In this document: one piece after another, positions 10,801-19,141 of the stretch
Position numbering within the stretch: position 1 is the first letter of the stretch
How the letters are laid out: the number at the start of each line of letters is the position of its first letter
Assembly: GCA_052279835.1 (NCBI GenBank)
Contig: CP181291.1
Coordinates: 4,480,001-4,544,000 of the forward strand
Source: Microcoleus sp.
GTDB lineage: Bacteria; Cyanobacteriota; Cyanobacteriia; Cyanobacteriales; Microcoleaceae
Reading direction: 5' to 3'
Length of the DNA stretch: 64,000 nucleotides
Program-made: the position numbers and the translations under genes
The notes under the pieces: generated by a model
The model's database searches: none
The model's input: the letters and a program-made list of their open reading frames with translations, nothing else
What the model was told of the DNA's origin: nothing

Positions 10801-11546
10801 ATGCCAGAATTAACGGTAGTGCCGCAGCGATCGATTCTGGCAATGTTAATATTATTCCACCAACACCAACACCAACACCACCAACACCAACACCAACACC
10901 AACACCACCAATACCGCCAACACCAACACCGCAAATACCAATACCAACACCGGAAATACCAATAATACCGCCAATACCAACACCGCCAACACCACTAACA
11001 CCGCCAACACCACTAACACCGCCAACACCATTAAATAGATTTTCATCGCTCTTTCCAGGGCCAAACCAACCCTTGACACCAGAACAACTGCTAAATCAAA
11101 ACATCATTTTGCGAAACATAGAAGCACCGCGACAAATGATAGTTGGACTCGAAAAAAACTTACCTCCCAAAGCTATCTTAGATTTCATCCGTTCAAATCC
11201 CCCAAATTTAGCCTTCCTGTCAGCATTTCGCAGCAACATCGGCAGTAACTTTGACCAAGGAAAAGTCTCGGAAGGTATAGCTTTACTAGACAAATCTTTC
11301 AGCCAAGAATACCAACAATATTTCGGCCTAAACTTCCCCGACATTGAAGACGAACTAATCTCCACCGAAGCAACTCAAAAAAAATTAGCAGCCCTCTCCG
11401 CAGAAACCGGTATTAAACCCAGTTTTATTTATCTCTTTTCCCGACCCGAAAAATTAGATTTAGTTTTGGTGACAGCTTCAGGTTCTGTCATTCACCAAAC
11501 TGTGCCACAAGCTAACCACAAAGAAACTGATGCAACTTGTCAGTAA
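7869..11546 (+). CDS. Filamentous haemagglutinin N-terminal (TPS) domain exoprotein; 5' part of an FHA-CHAT fusion
   Basis: Signal peptide, 'NLFHSFQKF' and 'LFLINPAG' TPS motifs, beta-helix repeats and a Pro/Thr linker. Confidence 0.85.
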   Translation: MKNANLKIKKVWLFISPFSLLIFNTFAQAQTVVPAADGTGTNVTRTDNRYDIGGGSLSGDGANLFHSFQKFGIPEGQVANFLTTPGIQNILGRISGGDASIINGLITVTGGNSNLFLINPAGMVFGPNASLNVPAAFTATTATGVGFGSNWFNATGINDFSTLVGTPNGFYFGVAPPGSIVNAANLAVAPGQSLALLGGTVISTGNLSAPGGNITVASVGSGSAIRISQPGHLLSLEIATGGNLPNSPLVANPLSLPQLLTGSGVNGATGVAVAADGTVRLVASGLQVNSGDVAIARSNLTPISDLTAANARLWAANNLTLDGVQLYTTGNLTLTAGNAAQVRDSATHPFLAQAGGNLYIQGDRTIDILTQNALGALALAPQFQAGGALTLVSNGVISGDAHFVSGGNFSIRNLSGMPGNFVSLFDPIISSEADVFFGDYTGASLKVEAKGSIVAQDITITRPDTALDIGNVSADSDIAILTTTPALILRAGVRNLANTRNVPNAVEGSLDDNETTPLGDEAIFNPGIINSTPLIIVDNLSAAGLVSLSAPGTVATRDINSGEIKVESGQGVVVGGRLTSSSTINIQAADNIILTNDISRADVNGNVSFNSSGGSIVTGAIDTGNSGAIELRAFGNVNFGNLQGTKVDVASNSGELGVLSDPNLIVPNTIPVDITATGNVSLTASRNLTVGNLNAATVNASSNTGNVSTGAIATTGDVRILARQLINTGVVTVNSVGLNFIPTVNLDAQTNIATPSINAPAATIAVRASRDLNIGNLQGAAVDVSSDGGRIAIGNTVTTGNINVAALGNVNARNLQGLAVNVKSDSGSIETANATATRNVNLTAAGDINAGILRGVAVDVNSTRGSVTTGNINATETVGVLAGRQITVGRIDVNSVGGDRAATVNLNARNDISVASINATGGTVAIGTPGFVRITNSFLNQNGTPVSISTFGANRQGSVTINHGGANTNPPTPFLIGDARINGSAAAIDSGNVNIIPPTPTPTPPTPTPTPTPPIPPTPTPQIPIPTPEIPIIPPIPTPPTPLTPPTPLTPPTPLNRFSSLFPGPNQPLTPEQLLNQNIILRNIEAPRQMIVGLEKNLPPKAILDFIRSNPPNLAFLSAFRSNIGSNFDQGKVSEGIALLDKSFSQEYQQYFGLNFPDIEDELISTEATQKKLAALSAETGIKPSFIYLFSRPEKLDLVLVTASGSVIHQTVPQANHKETDATCQ
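10857..11030 (+). repeat. Coding Pro/Thr-rich low-complexity repeat (CCAACA)n
   Basis: Encodes the PTPTPTPP...PPTPLT linker. Confidence 0.9.
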
Positions 11547-12486
11547 ATTTCGGGAAGAAATTACCAAACCGGGTGCGCGGGGAACTACCAGTTATCTCCC
11601 CTATGCCCAACAACTTTATCAGTGGATAATTGCTCCTTTACAACCAACTTTAAAAGAGCGGGGAATTGATACAATCTCATTCATCGCTGATAAAGGATTG
11701 CGAGGCTTTCCTTTTTCGGCTTTGCACGACGGACAGCAATTTTTGGTGGAAAATTACAATATCAGTCTAATTCCCAGCGTTAGTTTAACCGATACTCGTT
11801 ACATTGATATTAGAAACCTTCAGGTTTTAGCCATGGGTGCGTCACAATTTTCTGAGTTGAAACCTTTGCCGGCAGTTCCTGCTGAAATAGCGGCTATTTC
11901 CAGAGATTGGCCGGGAATTAGTTTTCTGAATGAGGGCTTTACTTTGGAGAATTTGAGGCAACAGCATCAAAGTCGGCCCTTTGGAGTTATTCACTTAGCT
12001 ACTCACGGCGAATTTAAACCAGGATTACCAAGTAATTCTTTTATTCAGTTGTGGAATAGCCGACTGCAACTCGATCAATTACGACAGTTGAGATTGAACG
12101 ATCCCCAGGTAAATTTATTGGTTTTGAGTGCTTGTCGCACTGCGGTGGGAGATGAGGAAGCGGAGTTAGGTTTTGGGGGATTGGCGGTACAATCTGGGGT
12201 GCAAACTGCCTTGGGGAGTTTGTGGTATGTGAGTGATGAAGGTACTTTGGGATTGATGAGTGAATTTTATCAACAGTTGAAGACTGCACCAATTAAGGCG
12301 GCCGCCCTGCGAAAAGCGCAAATTGCGATGTTGCGAGGAGATGTGCGTTTGGAGGGTGGTCAATTGCGGGGTTCGAGTCGGGGTGGAGGGGTGGATTTAC
12401 CACCGTCGCTGCAAGGTTTTGCAGATACAAAGTTGTCCCATCCTTTTTATTGGTCAGCTTTTGTGATGGTTGGAAGTCCTTGGTGA
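11530..12486 (+). CDS. CHAT (caspase-like) domain; frameshifted 3' part of the FHA-CHAT gene
   Basis: 'IHLATHG', 'LVLSACRTA', 'SLWYVSD' and 'HPFYWSAF' motifs. Removing one A near 11524 joins it to the upstream ORF. Confidence 0.88.
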   Translation: MQLVSKFREEITKPGARGTTSYLPYAQQLYQWIIAPLQPTLKERGIDTISFIADKGLRGFPFSALHDGQQFLVENYNISLIPSVSLTDTRYIDIRNLQVLAMGASQFSELKPLPAVPAEIAAISRDWPGISFLNEGFTLENLRQQHQSRPFGVIHLATHGEFKPGLPSNSFIQLWNSRLQLDQLRQLRLNDPQVNLLVLSACRTAVGDEEAELGFGGLAVQSGVQTALGSLWYVSDEGTLGLMSEFYQQLKTAPIKAAALRKAQIAMLRGDVRLEGGQLRGSSRGGGVDLPPSLQGFADTKLSHPFYWSAFVMVGSPW

Positions 12487-12542
12487 GTGGAGACAAATTC
12501 CTGAACATTTTCCGCTTTAATACTGTAGGAGCAGGTTTAATT

Positions 12543-13463
12543 ATGGTAAAATATAAGTATGAGGGATATTGTAGTGGGAAACAAAATATCCGACTCGGAG
12601 AAAACTTTGGAACGGCAAAAGTCTATTCACAAAATGCACAATCAGTGCTTAATAAAGCGACTGGATTTATCAGTGCTTATGATTTTACGCTAAATCCTTA
12701 TCGCGGCTGTCAGTACGGATGCAGCTATTGTTATGCCGCTGCTTTTAGCCCTAATTCAAATATGCGGCAGGACTGGGGAAATTGGGTAATTATTAAGCAA
12801 AATGCAGCGGAAATTTTAAAAAAAGAATTGCAAAGTTGGTACAAAAAAAATCCCGATAGACAACCTAGCATTTACATGAGTAGTGTCACAGATCCCTATC
12901 AGCCCATAGAATCTAAAGAACAACTAACTAGGCACTTATTAGAAGTGATGGTTTCCTATCAACCGACCCTGGTTATCCAAACTCGCAGTCCTATGATAAC
13001 TAGGGATATTGATATTTTACAGCACTTTCAGCGGTTGCGAATTAACATGAGTATTCCCACGGGTAGCGAAAAAGTGAGGAAAGATTTTGAACCAAAATCG
13101 CCGAGTATTCCTGCAAGACTTAAAGCTATTGCCAAACTGAGATACAGCTTTCCTTACAAAGAAAATTGCGACATCAGATTTTCGATAACTGTGACTCCAC
13201 TACTCCCTACATTACCAGAAGATGAAGCTAATTTTATTAACAAGCTGGGAATTGTAGATCGGGTGGTGATTCAGGATTTCCATGCAAGTAATGCCCGATC
13301 GCTAATTGCGTCAACCCGCGAGGAAGCATTGGCCCTTAAACAAAAGTACGCTTGGTGGTACAATAGCGAAAAACAGAGTTATCGCAAGTTTAAAAATAAA
13401 TTAATTGCGATGCTCCCGGCGCTTGAGATTATGGAAGGTAAAGAAGGATTTGGGTATGAATAA
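12543..13463 (+). CDS. Radical SAM protein, SplB-like family
   Basis: 'LNPYRGCQYGCSYCYA' (CxxxCxxC), 'SSVTDPYQPIE' and 'IQTRSP' motifs. Confidence 0.85.
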   Translation: MVKYKYEGYCSGKQNIRLGENFGTAKVYSQNAQSVLNKATGFISAYDFTLNPYRGCQYGCSYCYAAAFSPNSNMRQDWGNWVIIKQNAAEILKKELQSWYKKNPDRQPSIYMSSVTDPYQPIESKEQLTRHLLEVMVSYQPTLVIQTRSPMITRDIDILQHFQRLRINMSIPTGSEKVRKDFEPKSPSIPARLKAIAKLRYSFPYKENCDIRFSITVTPLLPTLPEDEANFINKLGIVDRVVIQDFHASNARSLIASTREEALALKQKYAWWYNSEKQSYRKFKNKLIAMLPALEIMEGKEGFGYE

Positions 13464-14772
13464 TCCGCTAGCTAACTGGTGGCGTTCCGTGAAGTTTAAT
13501 GAAGCTGTTAAGAGTCAAAATAATGGACTTGCAAAAAAACTGTTAAAACAAATACAAAATTCGGGTGCGAAACTCTCATGGGAAGAGAAGCTATTTAAAG
13601 ATCGGCTACAGCTTGAAAAAATATTGGATCAAAAGAATAATCGCATCAAAGAAGGCGATCGGCATTTAGCAGAATTAGAAATGCAACTAAGTTTGGGGGA
13701 ACTTAACGATTCCCTAACGCGGATAGATCAATTAACGTTGTTTCCAGACGCAAAGTTCATTGAATATATTTCAAACTCATTCAAATTAATAGAATGCGAT
13801 AAAAATATGATTCAATGCACTGGCATTGATGACAAGGTATTTAATAACTTTGAACAACATTTATCAGGTTTTATTAAGAACGATATCAACAACTTGAGTC
13901 GTGAAAGAAACAATATTGATTCTTTACTTAAACAAGCTGTTGACGATATCCAAAAATTAAAAGAAGGACAAGATCCTCAATACAGTTTTCAACTAAGTCC
14001 TCACATCTATTTGATGAGGTATTTCCTAGATAATGTCTATTGTACATATCTAGCTTGGTTCCTGATTTACAAGGCAGGCTTATTACTAACTAAAGTTAAT
14101 ATCCTTGACATTGCAGCCGGGCCGGCTACTGTTGCTTACGGACTAGGTTTGTTACTGCAAAGTAGTAGCGAATTTTTTGAAATGCCACCAATGCACATAT
14201 CCTACTACTCTCTGGAACAGCAAAAAGCATTTCAATATCGGGGACTCCAGTTTTGGCGACAGTACATGGAATCCCAGGCGATAAATGCTTACTTTCGCTT
14301 TGACACTTCTAGTATCTTTGATAGGGACAGTCAATCTAAAAGACTGCCGAAAAAATTCTTTGATTTTATCGTGATTTCTCACTGTTTTTTTAACGATGAG
14401 GAGGGTAGAGAAAAATCCCATCACATTTATAATGATATATTTACAAATAGCCTGACAGATTCTGGTCACGTTTTGCTAATCATTCAAGAAAAAAAGTTGC
14501 TGATACCGTACAAGGTTCGTCGAGTTGATAATGATCGACAAGAACTAGGTGTTGTCAAACAATTTGTTGCTGACTTGGGCTTAAACTTGCTTTGGTATAA
14601 ATATTTATCTTCAACGGGTAGCAGGACATCCCATCCTAACTTTAGAAAATTTGCTAAAGAAAATTTACCTGTTCAGGAATTTATTAGTCCACTTTTTCGT
14701 AAATACTTTAAGTTGCCCTATGACTTAAATTATGGAGTGGATGACTATGTGATATTAGCAAAAAAACAATAA
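13456..14772 (+). CDS. Hypothetical protein with a SAM-dependent methyltransferase-like C-terminal domain
   Basis: ATG overlaps the end of the radical SAM gene. 'NILDIAAGPAT' resembles motif I, and 'FDFIVISHCFF' and 'GHVLLII' resemble later class I MTase motifs. Confidence 0.6.
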   Translation: MNNPLANWWRSVKFNEAVKSQNNGLAKKLLKQIQNSGAKLSWEEKLFKDRLQLEKILDQKNNRIKEGDRHLAELEMQLSLGELNDSLTRIDQLTLFPDAKFIEYISNSFKLIECDKNMIQCTGIDDKVFNNFEQHLSGFIKNDINNLSRERNNIDSLLKQAVDDIQKLKEGQDPQYSFQLSPHIYLMRYFLDNVYCTYLAWFLIYKAGLLLTKVNILDIAAGPATVAYGLGLLLQSSSEFFEMPPMHISYYSLEQQKAFQYRGLQFWRQYMESQAINAYFRFDTSSIFDRDSQSKRLPKKFFDFIVISHCFFNDEEGREKSHHIYNDIFTNSLTDSGHVLLIIQEKKLLIPYKVRRVDNDRQELGVVKQFVADLGLNLLWYKYLSSTGSRTSHPNFRKFAKENLPVQEFISPLFRKYFKLPYDLNYGVDDYVILAKKQ

Positions 14773-14829
14773 AATACATATAATAAGTTTTAAAACAAGT
14801 ATAATTATTAATATTTAATTATTAAATTC

Positions 14830-15705
14830 ATGATTCACAACTCTACTGACAAACCTACAAATAATATTCAAAATGGATGGCACGGCCGTCTAAATTTAGT
14901 CTATGCTAACCGCGATGGCTCAACTCAAATCATTCAAAATCAAATGCAAGCACCCCTGAAAGTGCAGCGTCCATTCTATCCTGAAGGTAAAGAGGTTTGT
15001 CACAGTGTCATTTTACACACGGCTGGAGGAGTTGTGGGGGGCGATCGCCTTTCGAGCCATTTTCACCTCCAACCCGACGCCAAAGCCTTGATTACCAGCG
15101 CTGCTGCTGCTAAAATCTATCGTAGCAGCGGACTAGAATCACAACAAAATATTGACATAAAACTAGAACTAGGTGCTAATTTAGAATGGCTACCACAGGA
15201 AACAATCGTTTTTGACGGTGCAATTTATCAGCAAAATTTGCGGGTAGAATTAGCACCAACAGCGAATATTTTATTGTGGGAAATTACCAGATTTGGACGC
15301 AGTGCTAGGGGCGAAAAATTCTTGTCTGGAAAATGGCGATCGCACACGGAAATCTGGCAACAAAATAGCCCTTTATGGATTGACAGACAATTGCTTATAG
15401 GCGGGGAAACCATGCTCGAAAGTCCCCACGGGTTAGCAGGAAAACCCGTAGTCGCAACCCTCGCTTGGGTTGGCACACCTGTCACCACAGAACTCGTAGA
15501 AAAAGTGCGAACTTTGCCATCCGAGGCCACAATTAATCCTGGTAATTGTACCATTGGTGTGACTCGTATTCCTAACGGTTTGCTGTGTCGATATCGCGGT
15601 ACATCCACCACCGCAGCTAGAGACTGGTTTGTCAGCATTTGGCACTTGCTGCGCTTATCTTTTTCAGAACGCCCTTGCTGTTTGCCGCGCGTTTGGATAA
15701 AATAG
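14830..15705 (+). CDS. ureD: Urease accessory protein UreD
   Basis: 'PLKVQRPFYPEG', 'HTAGGVVGGD', 'LEWLPQETI' and terminal 'PRVW'. Confidence 0.95.
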   Translation: MIHNSTDKPTNNIQNGWHGRLNLVYANRDGSTQIIQNQMQAPLKVQRPFYPEGKEVCHSVILHTAGGVVGGDRLSSHFHLQPDAKALITSAAAAKIYRSSGLESQQNIDIKLELGANLEWLPQETIVFDGAIYQQNLRVELAPTANILLWEITRFGRSARGEKFLSGKWRSHTEIWQQNSPLWIDRQLLIGGETMLESPHGLAGKPVVATLAWVGTPVTTELVEKVRTLPSEATINPGNCTIGVTRIPNGLLCRYRGTSTTAARDWFVSIWHLLRLSFSERPCCLPRVWIK

Positions 15706-15757
15706 GAATACATTTGAGTTTTAATGTATAGTTGCCATCCTAACTATAGTAAATAAA

Positions 15758-16084
15758 ATGCAACTCACGACCCCAGAACCAGACAAACAACTTCCCATTA
15801 GTATTCCCCATGACCAGATAGCTGAGTTTTGTCAGAAAAATGCGATCGCCAAACTTTCTCTTTTCGGTTCAATCCTGCGAAGCGACTTTAGATCAGACAG
15901 TGACATTGACTTACTGGTAGAATTTATTCCAGGAAACAAAATCGGATGGCGGATAGTCACTATGGAAATTGAGCTAACAGAAATGTTAGGACGCCAAGTA
16001 GATTTGCGAACACCGGAAGAATTGAGTAAATATTTTCGACAAAAAGTTCTTGATTCAGCCCAGGTGTTATATGTTCATAGATAA
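15758..16084 (+). CDS. Minimal nucleotidyltransferase (MNT) antitoxin
   Basis: 'LFGSILR.DF...SDIDLLVEF' and 'LGRQVDL'. Confidence 0.9.
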   Translation: MQLTTPEPDKQLPISIPHDQIAEFCQKNAIAKLSLFGSILRSDFRSDSDIDLLVEFIPGNKIGWRIVTMEIELTEMLGRQVDLRTPEELSKYFRQKVLDSAQVLYVHR

Positions 16085-16406
16085 TAATACTCGTCTGCAT
16101 CATATGCTGGATGCAGCAAAAGAGGCTGTATTATTTTCAGGAAACAAAAGCAGGACAGATCTTGACAATAACCGGATGTTAACACTATCTTTGGTCAAGT
16201 GTATTGAAATTGTTGGTGAGGCTGCTTCTCGCATCAGTACAGACCGTCAAAAGGAATTACCACAAATCCCGTGGTCACAAGTCATCGGTATGAGGAATCG
16301 CTTGATTCATGCTTACTTCGAGGTAAACTTAGATATAGTTTGGGATGTCATTACCGATGATTTACCCTCGCTGATAGTTGAACTTGAAAAAATAATTGAA
16401 TCCTAG
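16071..16406 (+). CDS. HEPN/DUF86 RNase toxin (HepT-like)
   Basis: '[16 protein letters not shown]' (RX4H-Y) motif; overlaps the MNT gene. Confidence 0.9.
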   Translation: MFIDNNTRLHHMLDAAKEAVLFSGNKSRTDLDNNRMLTLSLVKCIEIVGEAASRISTDRQKELPQIPWSQVIGMRNRLIHAYFEVNLDIVWDVITDDLPSLIVELEKIIES

Positions 16407-16449
16407 TTTAATTATACTAAATAATTCGATCGCACTTACCAGAATAACA

Positions 16450-16752
16450 ATGCAACTCACCCCCCAAGAAAAAGACAAACTGCTGATTTTCACCGCCGCC
16501 CTGGTAGCAGAACGCCGGAAACAAAGAGGTTTAAAATTAAACTATCCCGAAGCACTAGCCTATATTTCCGCAGCGATTTTAGAAGGAGCCAGAGATGGCC
16601 TCACCGTCGCTGATTTAATGAGTTATGGCACAACTCTCCTGACGCGCGAAGATGTGATGGAGGGGATACCAGAAATGGTGCATGAAGTCCAGGTGGAAGC
16701 GACTTTTCCCGATGGAACTAAACTCGTTACAGTACACGATCCGATCCGTTAA
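16450..16752 (+). CDS. ureA: Urease gamma subunit
   Basis: [12 protein letters not shown]...[17 protein letters not shown]. Confidence 0.97.
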   Translation: MQLTPQEKDKLLIFTAALVAERRKQRGLKLNYPEALAYISAAILEGARDGLTVADLMSYGTTLLTREDVMEGIPEMVHEVQVEATFPDGTKLVTVHDPIR

Positions 16753-16785
16753 AAACTTAACCGCATAAACTCGCAGGAGGAAAAG

Positions 16786-17097
16786 ATGATTCCAGGGGAA
16801 ATGATTGTTTTAGCAGGTGAAATAGAACTAAATGCAGGGCGTGAAACAGTGCGATTGCTGGTAGGAAATACGGGCGATCGACCAATCCAAGTCGGCTCCC
16901 ACTACCATTTTTATGAAGCCAACGAAGCCTTAGAATTTAATCGAGAACAAGCAAAAGGAATGCGATTGGATATTCCAGCGGGAACAGCAGTGAGATTTGA
17001 ACCGGGAGATGAAAGAGAAGTGCAATTAGTTCCTTTTGTTGGTAGTCGTGAAGTGTACGGCTTTAATGGAAAAGTGAATGGTGAGTTAGATGGATGA
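16786..17097 (+). CDS. ureB: Urease beta subunit
   Basis: MIPGE...[15 protein letters not shown]...[15 protein letters not shown]. Confidence 0.97.
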   Translation: MIPGEMIVLAGEIELNAGRETVRLLVGNTGDRPIQVGSHYHFYEANEALEFNREQAKGMRLDIPAGTAVRFEPGDEREVQLVPFVGSREVYGFNGKVNGELDG

Positions 17098-17120
17098 GAA
17101 AAAATTCGACTATTATAGAT

Positions 17121-17219
17121 AGGAGTTACGCCAAAAACCCGGTTTCTGAGAAAAATCCTGCATCTATGCGAGAGATATTGACAGATAAACCTGGTTTTTG
17201 GCAGCCCTGCGTAAGTCCT
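17121..17219. mobile_element. MITE-like element of about 100 bp
   Basis: Terminal IRs AGGAGTTACGC / GCGTAAGTCCT plus inner arms CCAAAAACCCGGTTT / AAACCTGGTTTTTGG. Confidence 0.65.
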
Positions 17220-17257
17220 GTATTATCTACAATATTACTAAAACGACAGGTAGCGAA

Positions 17258-18400
17258 ATGACACCGCACTCTCGAATAACCTCAATCAAAATCCAAGGTT
17301 ATAGACCATTCCGAGATTTTACTGCTCCATTGGAACCACTAGAAATTATTGTCGGAGCTAATGGTTCTGGGAAATCAAGCCTGTTTGAGTTTCTAAAATT
17401 TTTGACCGACAGTATGGAAAGCGAGATTCCTAACGAAATTATTAAGGGTTCTATCGGTCAACAGATTTTTCATCTTCCCGGCTCAGAAAAGTTTGAATGG
17501 GAGCTTAAAATTGAGACAGGTGAGTCTAATATCTCCTATCAAGGAGAACTTATGGGACCGAGAAGCAATCCGCAAATTTCTTTCGAGCGAGTTGAGTCAT
17601 CTCAACATTTGTTAATGGATATTAAAGGTACTGAAGGTTTGTATCGCGAACCAGGATATGCAGAGACAAATCGCGTATTTCCCAAACGCAATCAACTCGC
17701 ACTCAGGACAATAACAAATCCAGGTTTAGCAACTCTTTATAAACTACGAGAGTATATCGGGGAGTGGAAATTTTACAGTTCATTTAACATTGCTAATCAC
17801 AAAATTCGCAAATCAGTTCTCATTGAACAAGAACCAGTGTTGGATGAAGATGCAGGCAATTTGAGTTCAGTATTACACTATTTAATGACTGAACATAGCG
17901 CCGTTTTTGATGACCTGCAACAACATTTACAATCAGTTATTCCAGGATTCAAAAAAATGACGGTAAAAGCTCGCGGCGGGCCTGGGGAAGTTATCGCATT
18001 TTGGCAGGAAAAGGGGATTAACCAGGATTTAAGTCTTGCGGATTTATCCGATGGTATTCTAAGATTAATTTGTTGGATTTGTCTTTGTTTGCACCCGAAA
18101 CCACCCTCTCTAATTTGTATTGATGAGCCGGATCAAGGTGTTCATCCTCGGACACTCCCTCTTTTAGCAGGATTGTTTGAAAAAGCTGCTGAACGCACTC
18201 AGGTTCTTTTGGCTACTCATTCTTCTTATTTTTTAACTCAATTTGATATTTCCCAAATTGCTGTGATGCGAAAGGAGAATGGAGAATCAAAGTTTATTAA
18301 ACCTGGTAATTCCAAAGTTTTAACAGATATGCTTGATGACTTTGGGACAGAGGAAATTGAAAAACTCCACCGCAGTGATGAATTGGAGCTTCTACCATGA
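17258..18400 (+). CDS. ABC-type AAA ATPase (AAA_21-like)
   Basis: Walker A GANGSGKS, LSDG signature, Walker B ICIDEPD, H-loop ATHS. Confidence 0.9.
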   Translation: MTPHSRITSIKIQGYRPFRDFTAPLEPLEIIVGANGSGKSSLFEFLKFLTDSMESEIPNEIIKGSIGQQIFHLPGSEKFEWELKIETGESNISYQGELMGPRSNPQISFERVESSQHLLMDIKGTEGLYREPGYAETNRVFPKRNQLALRTITNPGLATLYKLREYIGEWKFYSSFNIANHKIRKSVLIEQEPVLDEDAGNLSSVLHYLMTEHSAVFDDLQQHLQSVIPGFKKMTVKARGGPGEVIAFWQEKGINQDLSLADLSDGILRLICWICLCLHPKPPSLICIDEPDQGVHPRTLPLLAGLFEKAAERTQVLLATHSSYFLTQFDISQIAVMRKENGESKFIKPGNSKVLTDMLDDFGTEEIEKLHRSDELELLP

Positions 18401-19035
18401 AGGTAATTATCTATGTAGAAGGGGGATCAGATAAGAATGCAATGGAAGCATTGTTAGTGAATTTGATTGACAAAAAATCTGAAGAAGGTGTCAGTATAGA
18501 GTTTTTTGCAATCAAAGGACCTAAGAATGATAGGGGAGGTGACGCTAAAAAAGAGTTGCTGCTGAATGCTCCAACAAAAGCTGTTAATATTCTTTGCAAT
18601 AATCCGAACTCAATTGCAATTATTTTACCAGACTTATATCCTAGGAATAAAGGGTTTCCCCATGAGACTTTTCAACAGCTAGAAGCGGGAATTATGAAGA
18701 ATTTTTCTCACGCATTACAAAAGAAACGTATTCAGGATGAACGTCTCAAAGAACGCTTCAAAGTTTTTTGTTTTAAATACGAAATGGAAGCTTTGATTTT
18801 GGCGGCTGAATCTGCATTACGAGATAAACTAGGAGTTACTTCTCTAGCTGTCACCTGGACAATACCAGTAGAAGACCAAAATCACGATCGCCCCCCCTCG
18901 GAAATTGTAGAGCAACTTTTCCGAGATTCTGGCAAAAAATACAATAAAAAAGTGGACCCACAATTGATACTACGGAAGACTTCATATCAAGAAATTGCCG
19001 ATAAATGTACTCAATGTTTCAAACCATTTGTTTAG
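18397..19035 (+). CDS. DUF4276 family (TOPRIM-like) protein
   Basis: ATGA overlap with the ATPase; 'IYVEG', 'PDLY', 'EMEALILA' and 'VEDQN' motifs. Confidence 0.8.
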   Translation: MKVIIYVEGGSDKNAMEALLVNLIDKKSEEGVSIEFFAIKGPKNDRGGDAKKELLLNAPTKAVNILCNNPNSIAIILPDLYPRNKGFPHETFQQLEAGIMKNFSHALQKKRIQDERLKERFKVFCFKYEMEALILAAESALRDKLGVTSLAVTWTIPVEDQNHDRPPSEIVEQLFRDSGKKYNKKVDPQLILRKTSYQEIADKCTQCFKPFV

Positions 19036-19141
19036 TTTATAGAAGGTATACACACGGAAAAATTTTAGCATAAATCAATGTATACTCAAGCATTGGGGCA
19101 ATGACAAAAATTCTAGAAAATCTGATGAGGAGCTAATTAAT

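Noticed and set aside
9626..11079. Minus-strand ORFs including a Cys/Trp-rich peptide
   Set aside because: Antisense of the FHA gene and its CCAACA repeat
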